A DNA stretch of 61,214 nucleotides, taken from contig DAOUEC010000177.1 in NCBI GenBank assembly GCA_034430655.1, forward strand, positions 1 to 61,214, written 5' to 3'. A program made the position numbers and the translations under genes. The stretch comes from Anaerolineae bacterium. GTDB taxonomy: Bacteria; Chloroflexota; Anaerolineae; B4-G1. Below, in pieces: positions 29,399 through 37,861 of this stretch (its first letter is position 1; each line of letters starts with the position of its first letter). The notes beneath the pieces were generated by a model. The model was given only the letters and a program-made list of their open reading frames with translations. It was not told the origin of the DNA and ran no database searches.

Positions 29399-31168
29399 TC
29401 AGGCCGATGCGCACACTCCGGCTGGGCACTCACCTCGCGTGTGCGCTTCGAATTCCTCGCGGAACAATTGCAGGGCCGAAAGCACCGCCGTCGGCGCGGT
29501 CTGCCCCAGGCCGCAGAGGGAACTATCTACCATCAACTCGCCCCAGTAGACCAACTCGTCCAACTGCTCGGACGTCCCCCGCCCGTTCACCAGGTCGCTC
29601 AGGACTTGGTTATACCGCTCCGTGCCTATCCGGCAGGGCGTGCACTTGCCGCAGGATTCGGCGCGGAAGAAGGCCGTCACCGCGCGCAGGTAGTCCACGA
29701 TGCACGTGTCCGCGTCCAGCACCAGGACGTCGCCCGCGCCCAGCATAGCGCCTGCCGCCCGGCACGACCCAAAGTCCAGCGGCGTGTCCAGGAACTCCGG
29801 TCCGACGATGGCTCCGGCCGCACCGCCCAGGTGACAGGCCTTGAATGGCGCATTGCCTCGCATGCCACTGGCCGGCCCCTCGATCACCTGGCGCAGGGTC
29901 AGTTGGCCCAGCGGTGCTTCCAGGCAGCCCGCCCGTTTCACGTGCCCTGAGACCGGATATAGTTTCGTGCCGGGCGCTTTATCCGTGCCCATCTGGCGGT
30001 ACCAGGCCGCGCCGTGGGCGATGATGCCCGGCAAGTTCGCAAGCGTCTCGACGTTGTTGACGAGCGTGGCCTTGCCGAATAGCCCGCAGGTCGTGGGGTA
30101 GGGCGGGCGTAGCCTCGGCTCACCGCGCTTGCCCTCCAGGCTCTCGATCAGCGCGGTCTCCTCGCCGCAGATGTAGGCACCCGCCCCCAGATGGATGTGG
30201 ATGTGGAAGTCAAAGCCACTGCCCAGGATGTCGTGGCCCAGGTAGCCGGCCTCCTCAGCGTCATGGATGGCCTGCACTAGCCGCGCCGCCGGGCCAGCGT
30301 ACTCACCCCGGACGTAGATGTATGCCTCGTGCGCGCCGATGCCATACCCGGCGATCGCGATCCCTTCCAGCAGTTGGTGCGGGTCGCCCTCGATCAGGAG
30401 GCGGTCTTTGAAAGTGCCCGGCTCCGACTCGTCGGCGTTGCACACGACGTAGGCTGTGCCATCGCCCGACTTAGCGCCCGCGGCTGTGAAGCGCATCTTG
30501 AGGCCGGTCGGGAAGCCCGCGCCGCCGCGTCCCTGCACGCCCGCCGTGGCGATTTCCTCCACCACCTGCTCCGGCGTCATCGTCGTGAGCGCCTTGCGCA
30601 GCGCCTGGTATGCGCCCGCTGCCAGCGCTTCCCCCAGCGACTGCGGGTCAATCTGGCCGACGTTGCGCAGCAGCGCGTGAGTGCGGTCCTCAACCTCAAT
30701 ACCAATGATCTCGTCGGCAGGAGACAGGGGCCGGGGTTCCTCGCCGGCCAGGATGGAGTGGAGGCGGCTGGGAGTGACTTGGCGGTAAAGCAGGCTGTCG
30801 GTGGTCACCACCGGCCCGCGTCCGCACTGGCCGATGCAACTGGTGCGCTTGACCTCGACGCCCGCCTTCTCAAGTGCGCGGCGCAAGCCAGCAGCGCCTG
30901 CCGCGTGGCAGGGGCCATCGTCGCACAGGCACACGCCGGGTTCCGGCGGCTCGCCGACGTGCCACATCGAGTAGAACGTCGCCGCACCGTACACTTCACG
31001 GGCAGACAGACGGAAGTGTTGTGCGGCGGATTCGATGGTTGCCTGGGAAAGATAGCCCAGGCGGCTGTTCAGTTCGCCCAGCGCGGGCAGCAACTCGGCC
31101 CGATCTGGCGAAAAGCGCGACAGAATCCCACGCACACCACGTTCGGATGTTTGGTCAGATAGGCTCAT
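29399..31168 (-). CDS. NAD-dependent formate dehydrogenase beta subunit (fused NuoE-like and NuoF-like domains)
   Basis: A thioredoxin-like 2Fe-2S N-domain is followed by the NuoF core ('GRGGAGFPTGLK', 'ESCGKCTPCR'). Confidence 0.88.
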   Translation of the reverse strand: MSLSDQTSERGVRGILSRFSPDRAELLPALGELNSRLGYLSQATIESAAQHFRLSAREVYGAATFYSMWHVGEPPEPGVCLCDDGPCHAAGAAGLRRALEKAGVEVKRTSCIGQCGRGPVVTTDSLLYRQVTPSRLHSILAGEEPRPLSPADEIIGIEVEDRTHALLRNVGQIDPQSLGEALAAGAYQALRKALTTMTPEQVVEEIATAGVQGRGGAGFPTGLKMRFTAAGAKSGDGTAYVVCNADESEPGTFKDRLLIEGDPHQLLEGIAIAGYGIGAHEAYIYVRGEYAGPAARLVQAIHDAEEAGYLGHDILGSGFDFHIHIHLGAGAYICGEETALIESLEGKRGEPRLRPPYPTTCGLFGKATLVNNVETLANLPGIIAHGAAWYRQMGTDKAPGTKLYPVSGHVKRAGCLEAPLGQLTLRQVIEGPASGMRGNAPFKACHLGGAAGAIVGPEFLDTPLDFGSCRAAGAMLGAGDVLVLDADTCIVDYLRAVTAFFRAESCGKCTPCRIGTERYNQVLSDLVNGRGTSEQLDELVYWGELMVDSSLCGLGQTAPTAVLSALQLFREEFEAHTRGECPAGVCASA

Positions 31169-31195
31169 GCTTTTCCCTCTTTTGCTAAAGTCCGT

Positions 31196-31540
31196 TCAAT
31201 CTACGCCGGCCACCCCCAGTTTCGCCAGTTCGCTCACGATGGTGAAAGTGGCGTGGGGGGTGGTAAAGATGGGCACCCCTTTCTCGGTGGCCTTCTCCAC
31301 GGTGCCGGGGTCGAGTTCCCGCCCTTCGGTAACGACGATGCCGGCCAGTTCCAGCAGCGATGCCACGGCCACGATGTTGGGGTGGGCCTGCAATGTGATC
31401 CACAGGTTGCCTTTCTGGGCCTTGGCCAACACGCAACTCAAGAGGTCCGAGGCGTAGCCCCCCGTGACCTCCGTGTCCAGTTTGTCCGGCGCCGCCCGCA
31501 CCACAAGGTCGAGTGCAGCGGCAATCCCTCGGAGTTTCAT
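31196..31540 (-). CDS. DRTGG domain protein
   Basis: 114 aa. 'VTGGYASDLLS...NIVAVASLLELAGIVVTEG'. Confidence 0.75.
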   Translation of the reverse strand: MKLRGIAAALDLVVRAAPDKLDTEVTGGYASDLLSCVLAKAQKGNLWITLQAHPNIVAVASLLELAGIVVTEGRELDPGTVEKATEKGVPIFTTPHATFTIVSELAKLGVAGVD

Positions 31541-32469
31541 GCTCTCCCCCTTTCGTCAAGATAGATGATGATGTCCAGGTGGGTGCCGACGCCGACGTTG
31601 GAGTCCAGTTTCATGACGTCGGCGCAGGCTTGAATGTTGTTCAGCCCCATGCCCGCGCCGAAGCCCATCTCGCGCACCCACTCGGGCGCGGTGGAGAAGC
31701 CGGGCTGCATGGCCTGCTCGATGTCGGGGATGCCGGGGCCGCCGTCAATTGCTTCGATGCGGATCTGATCTGGCTGCACCTCGGCCACGATCTCTCCCCC
31801 ATCGGTGTAGATGACAATGTTGATCTCCGCCTCGTAGGTGGCGACGGCGACGCGGCGGATCACGGGAGGAGCGATGCCCAGGCGGCTGAGCGTTGTCTTG
31901 AGGCTGCTGGAAGCCTCCCCCGCCGCGCTGAAGTCCTTGCCCGCGACGTGGTAGCCGAATACCAGAGCCGTCTCGTCAGCGACGATGTCCTCGAAGATGT
32001 GGCTGGCCCGATAGCGGTGGATCTCCTCTTCCTGATAGTCAATCTCCAGTTCCCTGAGCAGGGCCCGCACAATGTCACCCTGGGTGATGATGCCCACCAG
32101 TTCTCTGTGCCGGTTAACGACGGGGAAACGGCCGAACCCAAAACGAGCGAACTGACCGACAACATGGACGAGGGGTTCATCGGTGTAGAGCGTCTTCACG
32201 CTGTGGGTCATCTTCTCGCCTACGGCGACGCCGATCTCCCCGTTCGCCAGCGCCTTGATGAGGTCCTCGATGCTGACGATGCCTGCCAACCGCCCGTCTT
32301 CGAGCACCGGCGTGCCAGAGATGCGGTGGGTGCGCAGAATCTCCCGGAACTCGGCCATCGTAGTCTGAGGGGTGACGGTGACCACTTCTCTGGTCATGGC
32401 ATCCTCGACCTTCAGTTCGTAGGTCAGTTCCTGGAGTTTAGTGACCTCTTTTCTTACATCCTTGTCCAC
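31537..32469 (-). CDS. CBS-pair plus anti-sigma-factor-type ATPase (HATPase_c-like) regulatory protein
   Basis: Two CBS motifs in the N-half. The C-half reads 'DGGPGIPDIEQAMQPGFST...GFGAGMGLNNI'. Confidence 0.75.
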   Translation of the reverse strand: MDKDVRKEVTKLQELTYELKVEDAMTREVVTVTPQTTMAEFREILRTHRISGTPVLEDGRLAGIVSIEDLIKALANGEIGVAVGEKMTHSVKTLYTDEPLVHVVGQFARFGFGRFPVVNRHRELVGIITQGDIVRALLRELEIDYQEEEIHRYRASHIFEDIVADETALVFGYHVAGKDFSAAGEASSSLKTTLSRLGIAPPVIRRVAVATYEAEINIVIYTDGGEIVAEVQPDQIRIEAIDGGPGIPDIEQAMQPGFSTAPEWVREMGFGAGMGLNNIQACADVMKLDSNVGVGTHLDIIIYLDERGRA

Positions 32470-32481
32470 CTGGTGGTTCTC

Positions 32482-32874
32482 CTACTTGTTTTCGAAGGCC
32501 TGGCGCCAGCGGCGCAGCGAGAGTTCGAAGAGGCCACAACTGGGGAGACCGGCCTTGTAAAGCCGGCCACAAGTTTCGAACATGGTGTACTTCGAGGCCA
32601 GCAAAGAGATGCCCTTCTCTCTGGCCAGGGCGATGGTCTCCGGCGGCGGCAACTTCCCCCGCACGAAGACGATGACCCTGATGCCGACCATCTCCGTCGT
32701 GCGCACCACCTGAGGATTGGTCAGCCCAGTCATCAGGAGCGCGTCCTCGTGGGTGAAGGCTAGAACGTCGCTCATCAGGTCTGCCCCGCAGCCCATCTGC
32801 ACTTCCCTGTTCAGATCCACCTCTTCGGAAATCACTTTTCCTTCTATGATAGACAACACCTCACGAAGTTTCAT
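32482..32874 (-). CDS. DRTGG domain protein
   Basis: 130 aa. 'GCGADLMSDVLAF...LLMTGLTNPQVVRTTEMVG'. Confidence 0.75.
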   Translation of the reverse strand: MKLREVLSIIEGKVISEEVDLNREVQMGCGADLMSDVLAFTHEDALLMTGLTNPQVVRTTEMVGIRVIVFVRGKLPPPETIALAREKGISLLASKYTMFETCGRLYKAGLPSCGLFELSLRRWRQAFENK

Positions 32875-32949
32875 CTCCTGGCCTCCTGCAATGGGCTTGG
32901 GTCATTATGCGTCTCTCATCTCGGGGGCGAATGATTAACACCAGACCGA

Positions 32950-32977
32950 ATTATAGTCAAACGGTTACACTTGTCAA
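32950..32977 (-). promoter_or_regulatory. Sigma-70-type promoter (TTGACA-16 nt-TATAAT) of the DRTGG-fdh operon
   Basis: On the minus strand, TTGACA is at 32977..32972 and TATAAT at 32955..32950, about 75 nt upstream of ATG 32874. Confidence 0.6.
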
Positions 32978-33018
32978 CAGTACCTACCGACCAAATTCTT
33001 GCTCGCCGTGCAAGAGAA

Positions 33019-33705
33019 TTAAACGGGGCTCCTGGCGGACGTGCTGTCCGTCAGCGCCGGACGACACGTCCGGCGTGAGCCATCTGGTTCCGGCTTGTCC
33101 GGGTTCAAGTCCACCAGCGCCCGCGCCCGTTCCCAGTCCTCGGGGGTGTTGACGTTGAAGAACGACAGCCCTTGGGGGTCGAAGCGGGCAATCTCAGCCT
33201 GCTCCACGTAGCGCACGCCGACCTCGTGGTAGAACGAGACGATGCGCCGCTCGCCACGGGCCAACGCCCTCTCGACCGGCCCCAGGCAGGTCGCCGGCCG
33301 GTAGACGGCGTGCAGCGGCTCCACGTCCGCCCAGCGAGGCACGACGACATCAGCCTCGTGCGCCAGCGAGATGAGGTAGCGCAGCAGGTCGAGATTGAGA
33401 AACGGCATATCACAGGCGACGACGATTGCCAGTTCCCCGCGCGCTGCCAGCAACCCAGCGTGCACCCCGGCCAGCACCCCGGCCCCCACGTACCGGTCGG
33501 CGACGACCCGTGCCGGCAGGGGAAGCAGTCGAGGAGCCAGGCTGGTGACGACGACGAGATCGTCTGTCAACCGGGCCAGCACGTCCAGCGTGCGGGCAAC
33601 CAGCGTCCGCCCCTCCAGTTCAAGAAGCGCCTTATCGCGCCCCAGGCGGGCGCTCCGGCCACCCGCGAGCACCACGCCGCTCAGGGTTGGTTCCGATCTA
33701 TCCAT
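33019..33705 (-). CDS. mobA: Molybdenum cofactor guanylyltransferase
   Basis: 'GVVLAGGRSARLGRDKALLELEGRTL' and 'ACDMPF'. Confidence 0.88.
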   Translation of the reverse strand: MDRSEPTLSGVVLAGGRSARLGRDKALLELEGRTLVARTLDVLARLTDDLVVVTSLAPRLLPLPARVVADRYVGAGVLAGVHAGLLAARGELAIVVACDMPFLNLDLLRYLISLAHEADVVVPRWADVEPLHAVYRPATCLGPVERALARGERRIVSFYHEVGVRYVEQAEIARFDPQGLSFFNVNTPEDWERARALVDLNPDKPEPDGSRRTCRPALTDSTSARSPV

Positions 33706-33715
33706 GTGGGAGTCC

Positions 33716-33771
33716 GTAGTAGCGACTTTAGTCGCTCACTCCTCGCACCGGACGACTAAAGTCGTCACTAC
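33716..33771. repeat. Paired palindromes AGCGAC-TTTA-GTCGCT and GACGAC-TAAA-GTCGTC inside a larger inverted repeat
   Basis: The flanks gtagtagcgactttagtcg and cgactaaagtcgtcactac are near reverse complements of each other. The element lies just upstream of the mobA start. Confidence 0.7.
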
Positions 33772-33904
33772 AACGTCACTACGAATAAACGGATAGGGCT
33801 GGGGGTCGACGGTTGGCCTCCAGCCCCATCTCGAACTCAGGCACAGCAGACGCCCGGTAGTCCGTTAGCAGCCGGACCACCCCAAGTACGCTTGATAACG
33901 CTGC

Positions 33905-34750
33905 TTACTCCTTCCCGCGCAGGTAGACGAACCAGTAGAGCGCGGCGACGAAGAAAGACCCACCGACGATGTTACCCAGCGTGACCGGGAGCAGGTTGCC
34001 CACCAAGAAGCTACCCCAGGTCAGGTTGGCATAATCGGCCGCCGTTTTCCCCACCATTGAGAGGAAGTCAGCGTTCCCCTTCAGGAAGATGCCCATCGGG
34101 ATGAAGTACATGTTCGCCACGCAGTGCTCGAAGCCACTGGCGACGAAGGCCATGATGGGGAACCAGATGCCCCAGACCTTGCCAACGACGGTCTTGGCCC
34201 CAATGGCCAGCCACACGGCCAGGCAGACCAACCAGTTGCAGCCGACGCCCCGGCAGAAGGCGGCCCAGAAAGTCAGGTTGCACTTGGCGTTGGCGATGCC
34301 GATCGCTTTCAGCCCGACCGCCCCGCCGTTCACCGTCCACAGTTGCGACCCGTACATGAACCAGACCAGGAGCAGACTGCCGGCAAAGTTGGCCAGGTAG
34401 ACCCAGAACCAGTTGCGCAACAGGCCGTTGAGCCAGTGGACTTTCCCACGCAGCACACCCGTCATAATCAGGTTGTTGCCGGTGAAGAGTTCAGAACCAC
34501 CGATGACGACGAGCATCAGGCCGACGGCGAAGACTGACCCGCCCAGGAACTTGGCGACACCGACGCCCAGAAAACTGGCCGTATCGTTGGTCACCATCGT
34601 TGCCAGTTCGGCTCCGAAGCCGATGTACACCCCGGCAAAGATGCCTAGGACAATCATCTTCAGAATAGAGAGTTTGGATTTCGCTTCCGCTATTCCGACG
34701 ACTTTCTCCGCGATCTCAGGCGGAGAGTAAAATCCTGCTTCTGCAACCAT
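33905..34750 (-). CDS. Formate/nitrite transporter (FNT) family channel
   Basis: Six-TM FNT pattern ('GGSELFTGN', 'FEHCVANMY'). Start ATG 34750, with AGGAGG upstream. The fdh neighbourhood suggests a formate channel. Confidence 0.85.
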   Translation of the reverse strand: MVAEAGFYSPPEIAEKVVGIAEAKSKLSILKMIVLGIFAGVYIGFGAELATMVTNDTASFLGVGVAKFLGGSVFAVGLMLVVIGGSELFTGNNLIMTGVLRGKVHWLNGLLRNWFWVYLANFAGSLLLVWFMYGSQLWTVNGGAVGLKAIGIANAKCNLTFWAAFCRGVGCNWLVCLAVWLAIGAKTVVGKVWGIWFPIMAFVASGFEHCVANMYFIPMGIFLKGNADFLSMVGKTAADYANLTWGSFLVGNLLPVTLGNIVGGSFFVAALYWFVYLRGKE

Positions 34751-34884
34751 GCATTTCCTCCTTTGTTTCGATAGATGAATTACTTCAGTGATTGAGGTTA
34801 CGGTATGTGGATTATGTTCTTGGGAAGCCGACTCACCTCCTTTATCTCTGTTTCTCGTACCTCTCCGAATTGGAACGGAAACCA

Positions 34885-34913
34885 ATTATAATGCACCTGG
34901 CACCCTGTGTCAA
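34885..34913 (-). promoter_or_regulatory. Sigma-70-type promoter (TTGACA-17 nt-TATAAT) with a roughly 130-nt leader before the FNT gene
   Basis: On the minus strand, TTGACA is at 34913..34908 and TATAAT at 34890..34885, immediately after the hypE stop. Confidence 0.6.
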
Positions 34914-34916
34914 CAA

Positions 34917-35969
34917 TCAGCAGATACGCGGCAGTTGTTCCCCCACGAGCATGTCGAGGATGCGGCGAGCGCCCAACGCTGTGCGCAGCACGACGCGGCC
35001 TGCATGCTCCTCCGTCACCCGCCCGATGATCGCCGCCTCCCGCCCGTACTCGTGGGCGCGCATGGCATCCAGCACCCCGTCGGCCACCTCAGGTGCGAGG
35101 AAGGCCACCAACTTCCCCTCGTTAGCCACGTACAGTGGGTCGAGGCCCAGCAACTCGCAGGCGGCGCGCACCGCGTCCCGCACGGGGACGGCATGCTCCT
35201 CAATCTCAATGCCCACGCCCGACTTGCCGGCCACTTCGTTCAGCGCGGTGGCCAGGCCCCCCCGCGTGGGGTCACGCAGGCAATGGATGGCTTGAGGCGC
35301 GATCTCCAGCATGGCAGCCACCAGACCGTTGAGCGGCGCGCAGTCGCTCACCAGCGGCGCATCAAAACGCAGCCCTTCCCGCTGGCTCATGATAGTCATA
35401 CCGTGATCGCCGACAGCACCGCTGAGGATGACCACATCGCCAGGCCGGGCCTGGTCGCCGCCTACCTCCACGCCAACGGGCACCACTCCGATGCCCGCCG
35501 TGTTGATGAACAGCCTGTCGGCTTTGCCGCGATCCACCACCTTCGTATCCCCGGTCACAATCTGCACGCCCACAGTCTGGGCGGTAGCGGCCATGGAAGC
35601 GACAACCCGCTCCAGGTCGGCCAGCGGCAGCCCCTCTTCAAGGATGAACCCTGCGCTGAGGTAGAGCGGCGTGGCCCCCCTCATCGCCAAGTCATTTATC
35701 GTGCCGCACACGGCCAACTTGCCGATGTCGCCGCCGGGGAAGAAGATGGGGCTCACCACGTAGGAGTCGGTCGTGAAGGCCAATTTTAGGTTCGAGGTCC
35801 CATTGAATGAACCCGGAACGTGAAACGTGAAACGTGAGACGTGAACTGTCGCTGCGTCATCCAGTTGCGCCAGGATGGGGTTATCGAAGTACTTCAGGAA
35901 CAGATGCTCCACCAGTTCGTGGCTCAGTTGGCCGCCGGAGCCGTGGGCGAGCAGGATTTTATCAGACAT
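34917..35969 (-). CDS. hypE: Hydrogenase maturation protein HypE
   Basis: 'ILLAHGSGGQLSHEL', 'LAFTTDSYVVSPIFFPGGDIGKLAVCGTINDL' and the C-terminal 'PRIC'. Start ATG 35969 overlaps the hypD stop. Confidence 0.95.
   Translation of the reverse strand: MSDKILLAHGSGGQLSHELVEHLFLKYFDNPILAQLDDAATVHVSRFTFHVPGSFNGTSNLKLAFTTDSYVVSPIFFPGGDIGKLAVCGTINDLAMRGATPLYLSAGFILEEGLPLADLERVVASMAATAQTVGVQIVTGDTKVVDRGKADRLFINTAGIGVVPVGVEVGGDQARPGDVVILSGAVGDHGMTIMSQREGLRFDAPLVSDCAPLNGLVAAMLEIAPQAIHCLRDPTRGGLATALNEVAGKSGVGIEIEEHAVPVRDAVRAACELLGLDPLYVANEGKLVAFLAPEVADGVLDAMRAHEYGREAAIIGRVTEEHAGRVVLRTALGARRILDMLVGEQLPRIC
35784..35848. repeat. Heptamer array inside hypE (AGGTTCG... GAAACGT x3)
   Basis: The sequence reads aggttcg aggtccc attgaat gaacccg gaacgtg aaacgtg aaacgtg agacgtg aactgtc. 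It encodes 'TVHVSRFTFHVPGSFNGTSNLK' between the conserved DDAA and LAFTTDS blocks. Confidence 0.85.
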
Positions 35970-37053
35970 CGGCCCCTCCGTACCGGTACCACGCGGCGCA
36001 GGCCCCCTCGGCGGAGACCATGCAGGGGCCAATAGGATGGGCCGGGGTGCAGACAGAGCGGAAGAGGGGGCAATCGGGTGGCTCCACGGTGCCCCGCAGC
36101 ACGTCGCCGCAGCGACAGCCCTTGTGTTCGCGGGTCGGGCCGGGGTCCACAGGGAAAGCAAGTGCGGCATCGAAACGGGCATACTCGGGACGTAACGCCA
36201 ACCCGCTGGCGGGCACGCGGCCCAGCCCCCGCCAGTCCGCCTCGCTCACCCCAAATACGCGCCGCATGATGCCCAGCGCCGCGCGATTCCCCTCCGGGCG
36301 GACGCTGCGGGAGTAGGCGTTGACTACCGCCGGCCGCCCGGCCTCGACCGTCTCCATCAGCGCGGCCACGGCCCGCAGGATGTCCAGTGGCTCGAAGCCG
36401 GCCACAGCGCAGGGGACAGAGTAGTCTCGCGGGAGGAACTCCCAGGCCTCGCTGCCGATGACGGTGGTCACGTGGCCGGGGCCGATGATGCCGGAAAGCC
36501 GCACCTCTCCCGCATCAAGGATGGCGCGGGTGGCCGGTGGGGTCAATTTGTGTAGTGAGAGGACGTAGAAGTTGTTCAGGCCCTCCGCTTCCGCCTGCAG
36601 GATGGATGCCGCCACGGTGGGCGCGGTGGTCTCGAAGCCGACGCCAAGGAAAATGACCGCCCGTTCGGGATTATCGCGGGCTATCTGCAGCGCATCCAGC
36701 GTGGAGTAGACGATCCGCACGTCGGCCCCTTCGGCTTTGGCCGCCTGCAGGGAGCCGCGGCTGCCCGGCACCTTGAGCATGTCGCCGAAGGTGACCAGGA
36801 TCACGTCAGGCAGTCTGGCCAGGGCGATGGCGCGGTCCAGGTCGGCATTGGCGGTGACGCAGACGGGGCAGCCGGGGCCGGAGCGCAGTTCCACCGTGGG
36901 CGGCAGCATCTGCCGCAGGCCATGGCGGAAGATGGCGTGTGTGTGCCCGCCGCAGAATTCCATGAAACGCACGGGCTGTGTCGAGCATGCCCGGATGTTC
37001 GCCAGTAGTTTTCGCGCCAGGTGCGGGTCGCGAAACTCGTCAATGTACTTCAT
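35962..37053 (-). CDS. hypD: Hydrogenase maturation protein HypD
   Basis: 'MKYIDEFRD', 'CGGHTH' and 'GPGCPVCV'. Start ATG 37053. Confidence 0.95.
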   Translation of the reverse strand: MKYIDEFRDPHLARKLLANIRACSTQPVRFMEFCGGHTHAIFRHGLRQMLPPTVELRSGPGCPVCVTANADLDRAIALARLPDVILVTFGDMLKVPGSRGSLQAAKAEGADVRIVYSTLDALQIARDNPERAVIFLGVGFETTAPTVAASILQAEAEGLNNFYVLSLHKLTPPATRAILDAGEVRLSGIIGPGHVTTVIGSEAWEFLPRDYSVPCAVAGFEPLDILRAVAALMETVEAGRPAVVNAYSRSVRPEGNRAALGIMRRVFGVSEADWRGLGRVPASGLALRPEYARFDAALAFPVDPGPTREHKGCRCGDVLRGTVEPPDCPLFRSVCTPAHPIGPCMVSAEGACAAWYRYGGADV

Positions 37054-37270
37054 CGTAGAACTCGGCCAGTTCCTCAAGTAGCCGCAGCGTCTCCTGCGCC
37101 TCTTCTTCGTCCACTATGCCGATGGCGAAGCCCGTGTGTATCAGTACGTAGTCGCCCACCTGCGCCTGAGGTGTGAGCGCCAGGCTGATGGTGCGCTCCA
37201 CCCCGCCGATCTCGGCCCGGGCGGAGGTTCCTTCAATGGATGTAATCAACGCTGGTATGGCTAGACACAT
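37040..37270 (-). CDS. hypC: Hydrogenase maturation chaperone HypC
   Basis: 'MCLAIP' N-terminus, 76 aa. Confidence 0.92.
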   Translation of the reverse strand: MCLAIPALITSIEGTSARAEIGGVERTISLALTPQAQVGDYVLIHTGFAIGIVDEEEAQETLRLLEELAEFYDEVH

Positions 37271-37322
37271 TGTTTTTCCAAATCCTCTGAACGTAGTGGA
37301 TTGGTACTCCAGCACGCCCACA

Positions 37323-37835
37323 TTATATCAGAATCTGCGTTCTTCTCAACTCCTGAAGTATTGGAACAAGACCTTTTACGTATCTTCGCTGCCAACCTTG
37401 CGCTGGGAACGGCAGAGAGTAAGTAGGGATTGGACCAATCTGTGCTGCGCTGATCGCATCTTGTACGTCCTTTGAGATCGCTAACATAACCACGATGACA
37501 GCACAGGGAGCAGTACTGCTAATGCGTTCGGCTAGCGAGGGAACGGCTGCAGCGCGCTTACGACGGCGGGTAGGTTTGTCCAAGTGATTGATGGGTTCAA
37601 GGCACAAATCGTCCAAATAGCATCCGATAGACTTGAAGAACTGAAGAAAGTTGGTACCCTGTCCACACTTCTCACCGTACACGCTGGCAAACGCTTCCCT
37701 GGTATAGCGAAACAAATTAGTGTTAGCCAAGTAGAAGAATCCGCCCCCGGCTGGCGGGGATTCACCGATGAACAAGATCTGAATTGTATCAGGGCGATAA
37801 CTCAAGCGAATCTCTTCAAGGGACAATTCTGACAC
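37323..37835 (-). CDS. Hypothetical protein inserted between hypF and hypC (distant uracil-DNA-glycosylase (UDG)-fold-like pattern, speculative)
   Basis: ORF 37323..37922. Best start is GTG 37835, with AGGAGAG 6 nt upstream. The gene is visibly lower in G+C than its hyp neighbours. 'ILFIGESPPAGGG' and 'LPFPAQG' loosely recall UDG motifs A and B. Confidence 0.5.
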   Translation of the reverse strand: MSELSLEEIRLSYRPDTIQILFIGESPPAGGGFFYLANTNLFRYTREAFASVYGEKCGQGTNFLQFFKSIGCYLDDLCLEPINHLDKPTRRRKRAAAVPSLAERISSTAPCAVIVVMLAISKDVQDAISAAQIGPIPTYSLPFPAQGWQRRYVKGLVPILQELRRTQILI

Positions 37836-37861
37836 CGTGGCCTCTCCTAAAGCTATATCGT

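Noticed and set aside
33101-33112. tRNA T-arm-like strings: GGGTTCAAGTCC here and GGGTTCGAAC at 48285..48294.
   Set aside because: No complementary T-stem, acceptor stem or anticodon arm can be drawn around them. Both lie inside well-supported CDSs (mobA and an mvhD paralog).
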